NCBI GenBank assembly: GCA_963663895.2
Contig: CAXXRD010000002.1
Span: 160,001 to 224,000, forward strand
DNA: 64,000 nucleotides
DNA from: Dehalococcoidia bacterium
GTDB lineage: Bacteria; Chloroflexota; Dehalococcoidia; Bin125
Reading direction: 5' to 3'
In this document: positions 39,342-48,048 of the stretch, one piece after another
Layout of the letters: every line of letters starts with the position of its first letter
How positions within the stretch are numbered: position 1 is the first letter of the stretch
Translations under genes and position numbers: made by a program
The notes under the pieces: generated by a model
Database searches by the model: none
What the model was told of the DNA's origin: nothing
The model's input: the letters and a program-made list of their open reading frames with translations, nothing else

Positions 39342-40116
39342 ATGAACGCTGCACAAACCCCGGGCGCGATCGTGGTCAAGTTGGGCGGGAGCACGCTCGG
39401 AGCCCACGACACGTCGCTGGCCGATATCGCGGCGCTCGCCCAGCAGGGCCGACGGGTAGTCGTGGTACACGGGGGCGGCGCGCTGACGACGGAATGGCTG
39501 GAGCGGTTGGGCGTGGAGACCGAGTTCTCCAACGGACTGCGCAAGACGACACCCGCCGCGCTGGATACGACGATCGCAGTTCTTGCGGGCGTCGTGAACA
39601 AACGACTTGTGGAGCAATTGACGTCGCTGAGCACGCAGGCGCTCGGTATCTCGGGAGCCGACGCCGGGATCGTGCGGTCTCCGCTGAGCGAGCGCGGGAT
39701 TGGGCTTCGTGGGAGAGAGGCCCGTCTGCAACGCCGTGCCGCTTGCGGCCTTGCTGGATGCCGGCTTCCTGCCGATCATGGCCCCCATCGGGCTCTCCAC
39801 CAGCGGTCAGCTCATCAATATCAACGCGGATGCCGTAGCCGGCGCGGTTAGCGTGGCGCTGGAGGCGGAGGCACTCGTGATGCTGACCGACACGGATGGG
39901 GTGCTGGACGGCGAACAACGGCCGATCGCCACGATCGACGCCGAGCAGGCTGAGGCCCTCCAGGCAGCCCGCGTCGTCGTGGGAGGGATGCTGCCCAAGC
40001 TGGCCGCAGGCCAAGCGGCGGTGGCGGCGGGGGCGGCGGCCCGGATCGTCGACGGACGGGCCGCGGGAGCGGTGCCGGCCGCACTGCGAGGCGAGACGGG
40101 CACGCTCGTTTTGTAA
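39342..40116 (+). CDS. argB: Acetylglutamate kinase (frameshift at the G3 run 39696-39698, probably a sequencing error)
   Basis: VVKLGGS, VVHGGG in ORF1; GFVGE, NINAD, GGMLPK in ORF2; removing one G restores ERGLGFVGE. Confidence 0.92.
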
Positions 40117-40209
40117 TCGCAGCGCGGCGCGCCGGATCTTTCTTGCTGCGAAGGGGAACGCTGGATATCGTGACAGCGCCGGAGCGCTGACACGGACGAG
40201 AGAGAAGCC

Positions 40210-41430
40210 ATGCCAACCATCGCCGAGCGTGAGGCTGCGGTTTGCTTCAACACGGGCAAGCGTTTCCCCGTGACGATCGTGCGGGGCGAGGGCTCCCGTG
40301 TGTGGGATGACCAGGGGAAGCCCTACCTCGACTTCGTGGCGGGGATTGCGGTACTGGCGCTCGGACACGGACATCCGGCCGTCGTTGAGACACTGAAGAG
40401 CCAAGCCGCACAGCTCATCCAGGTTTCGAACTATTTCTACTCGGTGCCGCAGATCGAGCTGGCGGAGCTTCTCACGCAGGTGAGCGGCCTGAGTCGCGTG
40501 TTCTTCTGTAACAGCGGCGCCGAAGCCAATGAAGGCTGCATCAAGCTGGCGCGCAAGTGGGGGCAGACGGAGAAGAACGGCGCGTTCGAAATCGTGGCGA
40601 TGGAGCAGAGCTTCCACGGGCGCACGCTCGCGACCGTGACCGCCACCGGTACGCCCCGCTATAGCGAGCCGTTCCAGCCGCTGCCGGACGGCTTCCGGCA
40701 CGTTCCCTTCAACGACATGGCCGCACTGGAAGCTGTGGTCGGCGACCGGACGTGCGCGGTCATGCTGGAACCTGTGCAGGGCGAGGGAGGCGTCAACGTC
40801 CCGGACCCCGATTATCTGCCCGCGGTGCGCGCGCTGTGCGACGAGCGCAACGTCGCCCTGATCATGGACGAGGTGCAAACCGGGTTCGGACGCACGGGAC
40901 GGCTGTTCGGGTTCCAGCATAGCGGCGTCGCGCCGGATATCATGGCGATCGCCAAAGGGCTGGGCAGCGGGGTGCCGATCGGCGCGTTCTTGGCCAATGA
41001 CAGATTTTCCGTGTTCCAGCCGGGCGACCACGGAACGACGTTCGGCGGGCAGCCGCTGATGACGGCGGTGGCGTTAAGCGTCGTGTGGACGATCATCAAG
41101 GAAGATCTGGCCGCCCAGGCGGAGGCGAAGGGCGAGCGCGTGCGGGCGAAGCTACGGGCACTGGAGGACCGGCACCCGCAGATCGTCGACGTGCGAGGAC
41201 AGGGATTACTGATCGGGATCGAGTTCGACGGCGAGATCGCCGGAGCGGTGGTCAGCGCCTGCCGGGAGCAGGGGTTGCTGTGCAGCAATCTGAAGCCGAC
41301 CGTGATCCGCTGGGTGCCGCCGCTGACAGTGACCGAGGCGGAGCTTGATGAAGCAGCCGCGATCTTCGACGCGGCTCTCAGCGCCGTCGAAACGGCGGAG
41401 CACGCGCGACCGCTTTCGGGAACGCGATGA
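40210..41430 (+). CDS. argD: Acetylornithine aminotransferase
   Basis: NSGAEANE, SFHGRT, DEVQTG, IAKGLG, HGTTFGG. Confidence 0.93.
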   Translation: MPTIAEREAAVCFNTGKRFPVTIVRGEGSRVWDDQGKPYLDFVAGIAVLALGHGHPAVVETLKSQAAQLIQVSNYFYSVPQIELAELLTQVSGLSRVFFCNSGAEANEGCIKLARKWGQTEKNGAFEIVAMEQSFHGRTLATVTATGTPRYSEPFQPLPDGFRHVPFNDMAALEAVVGDRTCAVMLEPVQGEGGVNVPDPDYLPAVRALCDERNVALIMDEVQTGFGRTGRLFGFQHSGVAPDIMAIAKGLGSGVPIGAFLANDRFSVFQPGDHGTTFGGQPLMTAVALSVVWTIIKEDLAAQAEAKGERVRAKLRALEDRHPQIVDVRGQGLLIGIEFDGEIAGAVVSACREQGLLCSNLKPTVIRWVPPLTVTEAELDEAAAIFDAALSAVETAEHARPLSGTR

Positions 41431-42695
41431 GCGACACATCCTACGAGGGCGCCGGCAAGAAAGTGGTGCTGGCCTATAGCGGCGGCCTAGACACGTCGAC
41501 CGTGACACGCTGGCTCGTGGAGCGAGGCTGGGAGGTCGTATGCCTGACGGCCGACGTCGGCTTTCTCGACGCAGACCCAGATCTCGAGAAGCGCGCGCTG
41601 GCAGCGGGTGCGACGCGGCTGGTGGTGGCAGATGCGCAGGCGACGTTCGCGCGCTACTTCGTGCTGCCCGCGCTGGCGGCCGGTGCGATTTACGAGGACC
41701 GCTATCCCCTGGCGACCGCGCTGGCGCGCCCGCTCATTGCGAAACTGCTGGTGGACACGGCCCGCGCGGAGGGCGCGCAAGCGGTCGCGCACGGCTGCAC
41801 CGGCAAGGGCAACGACCAAGTGCGCTTCGACGTGTCGGTAGCGGCGCTGGCACCCGATCTGACGATCTTGGCACCCGTTCGCGATTGGGAGCTGACGACC
41901 CGTCCTGCGGAGATCGCATATGCCGAGGAGCACGGGATCCCGATCCGTGAAACGACCGCGAGCCCCTACTCCACCGACGAGAATCTGTGGGGCCGATCGA
42001 TCGAAGCAGGCGTACTGGAGGATCCGTGGGTCGAGCCGCCTGCGGACGTCTACCAGTGGACACGGTCCGTCGCGGAGGCGCCGGACGAGCCCGCGTTCGT
42101 CGAGGTGCAGTTCGAGCAGGGAGTACCGGTCGCGATCGACGGCGTGGCGATGGAGCCCGTGCCGCTGATCGAGCGCATGCACGCGCTGGCCGGGCAGCAC
42201 GGCATCGGCCGGATCGACATGGTCGAGAATCGGCTGGTGGGGATTAAGTCCCGCGAAATCTACGAGGCGCCCGCCGCCGTGGCGCTGCGCGAGGCGCATC
42301 AGGCACTGGAGGCGCTCACCCTCTCGAAACCGCAACAGCGGCTGAAACGTCGGCTGGCGCAAGACTATGCCGACTTAATCTACGACGGGCTGTGGTTCAC
42401 GGCGCACCACCAGGACCTCGCAGCATACGTGCGCTCCACTCAGCGGCATGTGAGCGGCACCGTGCGACTGCGGCTCCACAAAGGCACCGTGACGGCCGTG
42501 GGACGCCGCAGCCCGCGCAGTCTGTACCAGCTTTCGTTGGCGACTTATGATGCAGCCGATCAGTTCGACCAAAGCGCGGCGCATGGCTTCATTCAAATCT
42601 GGGGGCTTCCCGTCCGCGTGCAGGCCGACAGTCAGCTATTGCAACAGCCCGGGAGCCCGCTGCAGATCGCGGCGGGCGATGATGCCGAGTCATGA
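41427..42695 (+). CDS. argG: Argininosuccinate synthase
   Basis: AYSGGLDTS, HGCTGKGNDQVRF, ENRLVGIKSRE. Confidence 0.98.
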   Translation: MSDTSYEGAGKKVVLAYSGGLDTSTVTRWLVERGWEVVCLTADVGFLDADPDLEKRALAAGATRLVVADAQATFARYFVLPALAAGAIYEDRYPLATALARPLIAKLLVDTARAEGAQAVAHGCTGKGNDQVRFDVSVAALAPDLTILAPVRDWELTTRPAEIAYAEEHGIPIRETTASPYSTDENLWGRSIEAGVLEDPWVEPPADVYQWTRSVAEAPDEPAFVEVQFEQGVPVAIDGVAMEPVPLIERMHALAGQHGIGRIDMVENRLVGIKSREIYEAPAAVALREAHQALEALTLSKPQQRLKRRLAQDYADLIYDGLWFTAHHQDLAAYVRSTQRHVSGTVRLRLHKGTVTAVGRRSPRSLYQLSLATYDAADQFDQSAAHGFIQIWGLPVRVQADSQLLQQPGSPLQIAAGDDAES

Positions 42696-43039
42696 CGACA
42701 GACGCCAACACGCATCCGGACGCCCTCACGATCACCTACGTGGAGCGGTCGCTGGGTTTCGGCGGCGACGACGCGGCGACGTTCTTAGTCGACCGCCCCG
42801 GCCACCCCAAGGCCGAGTACGATCTGCGCTTGGCGATGGACGCGCTCGAGCTGTTCCAAGCGAAGACGGGTGAGCTGGACGCCGATCAGAGGCAACGCCT
42901 ACTGCAAGCGCTCGCCACGCGCATCTACCCGCGACTTTTCTCCGGCGAGCAACGTCTCGTGGCGATCGCCGTCGTCCGCGCGCGTGACATCGCTCCCTCT
43001 GAGGTGGATGACATCCTGGCAGACGCGGGACTCAGCTAG
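42692..43039 (+). CDS. Hypothetical protein
   Basis: ATGA overlap with argG; typical codon usage. Confidence 0.7.
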   Translation: MTTDANTHPDALTITYVERSLGFGGDDAATFLVDRPGHPKAEYDLRLAMDALELFQAKTGELDADQRQRLLQALATRIYPRLFSGEQRLVAIAVVRARDIAPSEVDDILADAGLS

Positions 43040-43128
43040 GTCAACTAAGGTGGAGGGGCGTGCGACCGTCTCCCAGAAGCCTATCGCTGCTGATCCGGTC
43101 CGCAAGCGCGACGGGCAGGGCATTCTCC

Positions 43129-44556
43129 GTGGCACAGTTAGACGACACCAGCAACGCAGCTCAGCAGGGGCGCACATGGGGCAGTCGCTTCGCGCGCCAG
43201 CCGGCGGAGGCCGTCAGGGCATTCACCGCGTCGATTGAGACGGATGTAGCGCTCTACCGGCAGGACATCGCAGGATCACGTGCGCACGTACGGATGCTGG
43301 CGGCGCAGGAAATCATCCCCCGCTCCCAGTGCGACGCGCTCTTGCAAGGGCTGGACCAAGTGGAGCAGGAGATCGCAGCGGGCGCGCTGGAGCTGAGCAA
43401 CGAGCGCGAGGATATCCACACGCACGTCGAGGCGCGGCTCGCGGAGATCATCGGCGAAGAGGCAGCGGGGTGGTTGCATACCGGCCGCTCGCGCAACGAC
43501 CAGGTCGCACTCGACACACGCCTGTACACGCGCGACGCAATCGATGACGCGAACGAGGGCATCCTTGCGCTGCAGACGGCATTGGTGGAGTTGGCCGAGC
43601 GCAACTTCAACATCTACTTGCCGGGCTATACTCACCTGCAGCGGGCGCAGCCGCTGCTGCTCGCCCATCACCTGCTGGCCTATTTCGAGATGCTGGATCG
43701 CGACGCCGCGCGCTTCCGCGACGCGCGGACACGCGTCGACGTGCTGCCCTTGGGCAGCGCGGCCCTGGCGGGCGCGGCGCACCCCATCGATCGGGAGGCG
43801 GTCGCAAAGGATCTCGGGTTCAGTGCGGTCTCCGCGAACAGCGTGGACGCGGTCGCGGACCGCGATTACATCGCGGAATATCTTGCGGCGGCGGCGATGA
43901 CGCTCGTGCACCTATCGAGATTGAGCGAGGAGCTCGTGCTTTGGAGCAGCGCCGAGTTCGGGTTCCTCGCCTTGGACGACGCCCATACGACCGGATCCTC
44001 GATCATGCCGCAAAAGAAGAATCCGGACATCGCCGAGTTAGCGCGGGCAAAGAGCGGCCGGGTGATGGGGCACCTGGTGGCGCTGTTGACGACGCTCAAG
44101 GGACTGCCTCTGGCGTACAACCGCGACTTGCAGGACGACAAGCAGGGATTATTCGACACGGCGGCAACCCTGTCCGGCACCCTGTACGTTCTCGCGACGG
44201 CCCTGGACGGCGTGCGCTTCGATAGCGCGCGCACGCAGGCGGCGGTCGACGGGGATCCTTTCATCCTCGCCACGGACTACGCCGACTACTTGGTGCGGAA
44301 AGGGCTGCCATTTCGCAAGGCACACGCGGTCGTTGGAGACCTGGTACGGCGGTGCGAGGCGGAGGGCAAGGGCCTGGCCCATCTGACGCTCGCCGAACTG
44401 CAAGCGTCCCATTCGTCGTTCGACGCGGACGCCGTCGGGATGACCGCTCAGCAGGCGCTGGCCGCGCGCGACGTTCCGGGCGGGACGGCGCCCGCGCGCG
44501 TTCGACAAGCCTTGGCGGATGCGAGGAAGCGCCTGAACGCTGGGGCGGAAGGATGA
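43129..44556 (+). CDS. argH: Argininosuccinate lyase
   Basis: HTGRSRNDQ, GYTHLQRAQ, GSSIMPQKKNPD. Confidence 0.97.
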   Translation: MAQLDDTSNAAQQGRTWGSRFARQPAEAVRAFTASIETDVALYRQDIAGSRAHVRMLAAQEIIPRSQCDALLQGLDQVEQEIAAGALELSNEREDIHTHVEARLAEIIGEEAAGWLHTGRSRNDQVALDTRLYTRDAIDDANEGILALQTALVELAERNFNIYLPGYTHLQRAQPLLLAHHLLAYFEMLDRDAARFRDARTRVDVLPLGSAALAGAAHPIDREAVAKDLGFSAVSANSVDAVADRDYIAEYLAAAAMTLVHLSRLSEELVLWSSAEFGFLALDDAHTTGSSIMPQKKNPDIAELARAKSGRVMGHLVALLTTLKGLPLAYNRDLQDDKQGLFDTAATLSGTLYVLATALDGVRFDSARTQAAVDGDPFILATDYADYLVRKGLPFRKAHAVVGDLVRRCEAEGKGLAHLTLAELQASHSSFDADAVGMTAQQALAARDVPGGTAPARVRQALADARKRLNAGAEG

Positions 44557-45233
44557 CTCGCCCGGTTCGGATCGCGCCGTCGATCCTTGCGGCCGACTTC
44601 GCACACCTCGGGGATCAGGTGCGTGCAGCCGAGGCAGCCGGTGCGGATATGATCCACGTGGACGTGATGGACGGACGTTTCGTGCCGCCGATCACGATCG
44701 GACCGTTGGTGGTGGAGTCCCTGCGGGCGGTGACAGCGTTACCGCTCGACGTGCATCTCATGATCGTCGAGCCGGAGCGGCAGATCGACACCTTCGCGGC
44801 GGCGGGCGCGCACACCATCACCGTGCACGTCGAGACGTGCCCGCATCTGCACCGAACGGTGCACCAGATCAAGAAGGGCGGCGTCCGGGCAGGCGTGACG
44901 CTGAACCCGGCGACGAGCGTCGAGACGTTGCGTGCCGTGCTGCCGGAAGTCGATCAGGTGCTGGTGATGAGCGTGAACCCGGGATGGGGCGGGCAGCCGT
45001 TTATTCCGGCCTCGATCGAGAAGCTCAAGGCGATTCGGGGGATGCTGGACACGATCGGAAGCCAGGCAGTGCTGGAGGTCGATGGCGGGATCCAGGAGGA
45101 GACGGCCGGGCCGGCGGTGGCAGCGGGCGCAGATCTGCTGGTGGCCGGGTCGGCGATCTTCAACGATCGCGAGTCGGTAGAAGCGGCCATGACGCGGCTG
45201 CGCGCATCGATCGAGAAGGAGAAACCGGCTTAG
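44553..45233 (+). CDS. rpe: Ribulose-phosphate 3-epimerase
   Basis: IAPSILAADF, HVDVMDG, MSVNPG, VDGG. Confidence 0.97.
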   Translation: MTRPVRIAPSILAADFAHLGDQVRAAEAAGADMIHVDVMDGRFVPPITIGPLVVESLRAVTALPLDVHLMIVEPERQIDTFAAAGAHTITVHVETCPHLHRTVHQIKKGGVRAGVTLNPATSVETLRAVLPEVDQVLVMSVNPGWGGQPFIPASIEKLKAIRGMLDTIGSQAVLEVDGGIQEETAGPAVAAGADLLVAGSAIFNDRESVEAAMTRLRASIEKEKPA

Positions 45234-45262
45234 ACGGGGCAGCGTCGGCGAAGCGAGCGACG

Positions 45263-45478
45263 CTACTTGCTCATCTGCTTGAGGACCGTGCGCAAGCAGC
45301 TGGTGCAGACGTTCTTCCTGACCATCTTGCCGTTCTCGACGAAACGGAGGCGCTGCACGTTCGGTTTGAACATGCGGGAGGTGCGCGGTGCTTTGCGCCG
45401 CCAACGACCGGAATGCTTGTGGCGGATGTTCCGCCCGAAGGATGGTCGCTTGTCACAAACTTCGCAGACAGACGCCAT
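45263..45478 (-). CDS. rpmB: 50S ribosomal protein L28 (Cys-containing form)
   Basis: CEVC..GRNIRH..RMFKPNVQ..VCTSCL. Confidence 0.95.
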   Translation of the reverse strand: MASVCEVCDKRPSFGRNIRHKHSGRWRRKAPRTSRMFKPNVQRLRFVENGKMVRKNVCTSCLRTVLKQMSK

Positions 45479-45537
45479 GGGGACGCTCCCAACTCGGTGA
45501 AGGTGCGCCGTCGAACAGGCGTTAGAATGCTAGCAAT

Positions 45538-47166
45538 ATGTCGGGGGAGCTGGAAGCAGCGGCGCACGGCCTCAGTGGCCGGTTGCTCATCCAGGCGGCG
45601 ATCAGCGCTGCGGCTTGGGTGGAGCGCAACGCAGCCGCACTGGACGCGATCAACGTCTTCCCAGTTCCGGATGGCGACACGGGAACGAATCTCAGCCTAA
45701 CGCTGCGGGCGGCCGCCAGCGGAGTCGCGGAAGAGTCCGGCAGCAGTGACGCCCCCTCCCTCACGGAGGTGGCAGCGGCCTTGGCGCGGGCGGCGTTGCT
45801 GGGGGCGCGAGGCAACTCCGGCGTGATCTTGTCGCAGTGGCTGCGGGGGCTGGCGGAGGCAGTCGAAGGGGCCGACACCGTTGACGGCTCCGCGCTGGGC
45901 AGAGCGCTGGGAGCCGCAGCCGTTTCAGCGGCGGGTGCGATCAGTAATCCGCGCGAGGGCACGATGGTGACGGTAGCGGAAGCGGTGGGGGAGGCAGTCG
46001 CAACCGTCGAGGCCGGGGCCAAACCGCAGGCCGTGATCGAGAAGGCGTTCGCGGCGGCCCGCGTCGCCGTCGCCAAGACGCCGGAGCAAATGCCCTTACT
46101 GGCGGATGCGGGTGTCGTCGATGCCGGCGGCGAGGGGCTCGCACTCGTGCTCCAGGGGATGCTGCAAGGGATCACCGGCGAGCCACTGCCGACGGCGCCG
46201 ATCGACGCCGGGCGCATCGACGAAGCCTGGCTGTCGCGGGCCGAAGCCACGACTTCCGAGGGACGCTACGGCTTCTGCACTGAGTTCAACGTGATCGGGA
46301 ACGGGCTGGAGGGAGAGCGTCTCAAGAAAGCGCTAAGCGAGGTGGGGGACTCGGTCGTCGTCGCCGGGAGCGCGGAGCTTCTGCACGCGCACGTCCACAC
46401 ACTGGAGCCCGAAGCAGCGTTCGCGGCGGGCGAAACGTATGGACAGGTGTCGGACCGCAAGGCCGACGACATGCACGAGCAACACACGCAGGTGCGTAGC
46501 GGAACCGGGAGTGCAGCCGCCGTGGCAGTGGTAGCGGTGGCGGCGGGGGACGGATTCGCCGCGCTGTTCCAAGAACTCGGCGCGACCGTCGTCGACGGAG
46601 GACACACCTTTAACCCGGACGCCGCGTCGTTGCTGGAGGCGGCGCGGACGACGGGGGCGCGGGACGTTATCGTGCTGCCGGGTCACCGCAACGTGATCCC
46701 CGCTGCGGAACAGGCCGCGGCCCTGAGCGAGAGCGCACGCATGCACGTGGTCCCAACGACGAGCATGCCGGCGAGCGTCGCTGCACTCTTGGCCTGGGGC
46801 GAAGGGGCCAGACCCGAGGAGACCGTCGCGGAGATGACGAATGCTCATCAGCAGATCGTCACCGGAGCCGTCGCGCACGCGGCCCGTACAGTGCGGGCGC
46901 CGGTGCCTCTCCGCGAAGGCCAGCCGTTCGCTTTGATCGAGGGTAAACCGATTGCGGGAGGGGATTCGACCGAGCACGCACTCATGATGTGCGTCGAGGA
47001 GCTGCGAGCGCGCCAACCGCAGAGCAGCCTGCTCACACTTTACGTCGGCGACGAGCCGAGCGCGGAAACGGCGGCGGCGGTACGGGCGGGGGCAGGAGCC
47101 GGATTGGATGTCGAGGTAGTGGTCGGAGGCCAGCCGCACTATCCGTTCATCGTGTCGCTGGAGTAG
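45538..47166 (+). CDS. fakA: DAK2-domain fatty acid kinase subunit
   Basis: INVFPVPDGDTGTN, GARGNSGVILSQ, GFCTE, GGQPHY. Confidence 0.92.
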   Translation: MSGELEAAAHGLSGRLLIQAAISAAAWVERNAAALDAINVFPVPDGDTGTNLSLTLRAAASGVAEESGSSDAPSLTEVAAALARAALLGARGNSGVILSQWLRGLAEAVEGADTVDGSALGRALGAAAVSAAGAISNPREGTMVTVAEAVGEAVATVEAGAKPQAVIEKAFAAARVAVAKTPEQMPLLADAGVVDAGGEGLALVLQGMLQGITGEPLPTAPIDAGRIDEAWLSRAEATTSEGRYGFCTEFNVIGNGLEGERLKKALSEVGDSVVVAGSAELLHAHVHTLEPEAAFAAGETYGQVSDRKADDMHEQHTQVRSGTGSAAAVAVVAVAAGDGFAALFQELGATVVDGGHTFNPDAASLLEAARTTGARDVIVLPGHRNVIPAAEQAAALSESARMHVVPTTSMPASVAALLAWGEGARPEETVAEMTNAHQQIVTGAVAHAARTVRAPVPLREGQPFALIEGKPIAGGDSTEHALMMCVEELRARQPQSSLLTLYVGDEPSAETAAAVRAGAGAGLDVEVVVGGQPHYPFIVSLE

Positions 47167-47208
47167 GCTCAAGGCGGCGGCTGGTGTTGATACTCTCGGA
47201 AGATCGAT

Positions 47209-48048
47209 ATGACCATCCGCATCGTCACCGACTCCACCGCAGACTTGGACAGCACCGAGATCGCGCAGTACGGCATCACCGTCGTGCCGCTTATGATCCA
47301 TTTTGGATCGGAGAGCCACCGCGCCGGGGTCGATATCCAGACCGATGAATTCTATGGGCGCCTGCGCGACAGCGAGATATTACCGCGTACGTCGCAGCCA
47401 TCACCGGCTGCCTTTCAAAACGCCTACGAGAGCCTGCGTGACGCGGCGGGGATCGTTTCGGTGCACATCAGCGGGAAGCTCTCCGGGACGCTGAACTCGG
47501 CGCGGGCAGGGGCGGAGCTGCTAGAAAGCGCGCCGCCGATCGAACTGGTGGATACGAACTCGGCGTCGATGGGGTTGGGCTTCGCGGTGCTGGCGGCGGC
47601 GCGCGCCGCCGCCGGGGGCGCCGATCTGGCCGCCGTGGCCGCGGCGGCGCGGGAGGCAGCAGGGCGGACGCGGCTGCTGATGCTCCTCGACACGTTGGAG
47701 TACCTGCAAAAGGGCGGTCGTATCGGCAAAGCCCGCGCCTTCCTCGGCACGGTGCTGAGGACGAAGCCGCTGCTGGAGCTGCGTGACGGCGTGATCGAGC
47801 CCCTCGAGCGCCCGCGCACGCGCCAACGAGCGACGGAGCGGCTGTTCGATCTGATCGTGCGCACGCCGGAAGCAGCGGAGATCGTCGTGCTGCACGGATC
47901 GGCACCGGAGGAAGCGGAGGCGCTGGCCCAACGGGTGCGGGAGACGTTGCCGGGCGTATCCGTACGGATTGGGCATTGCAGCCCCGTGCTCGGGGTACAT
48001 ACGGGGCCCGGTGCGCTCGGGGCGGCCATTCTGCGGAGCGGAGCGTGA
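47209..48048 (+). CDS. DegV-family fatty-acid-binding protein
   Basis: IVTDSTADL, TSQPSP, SGKLSGT, KGGRIG, HTGPG. Confidence 0.93.
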   Translation: MTIRIVTDSTADLDSTEIAQYGITVVPLMIHFGSESHRAGVDIQTDEFYGRLRDSEILPRTSQPSPAAFQNAYESLRDAAGIVSVHISGKLSGTLNSARAGAELLESAPPIELVDTNSASMGLGFAVLAAARAAAGGADLAAVAAAAREAAGRTRLLMLLDTLEYLQKGGRIGKARAFLGTVLRTKPLLELRDGVIEPLERPRTRQRATERLFDLIVRTPEAAEIVVLHGSAPEEAEALAQRVRETLPGVSVRIGHCSPVLGVHTGPGALGAAILRSGA

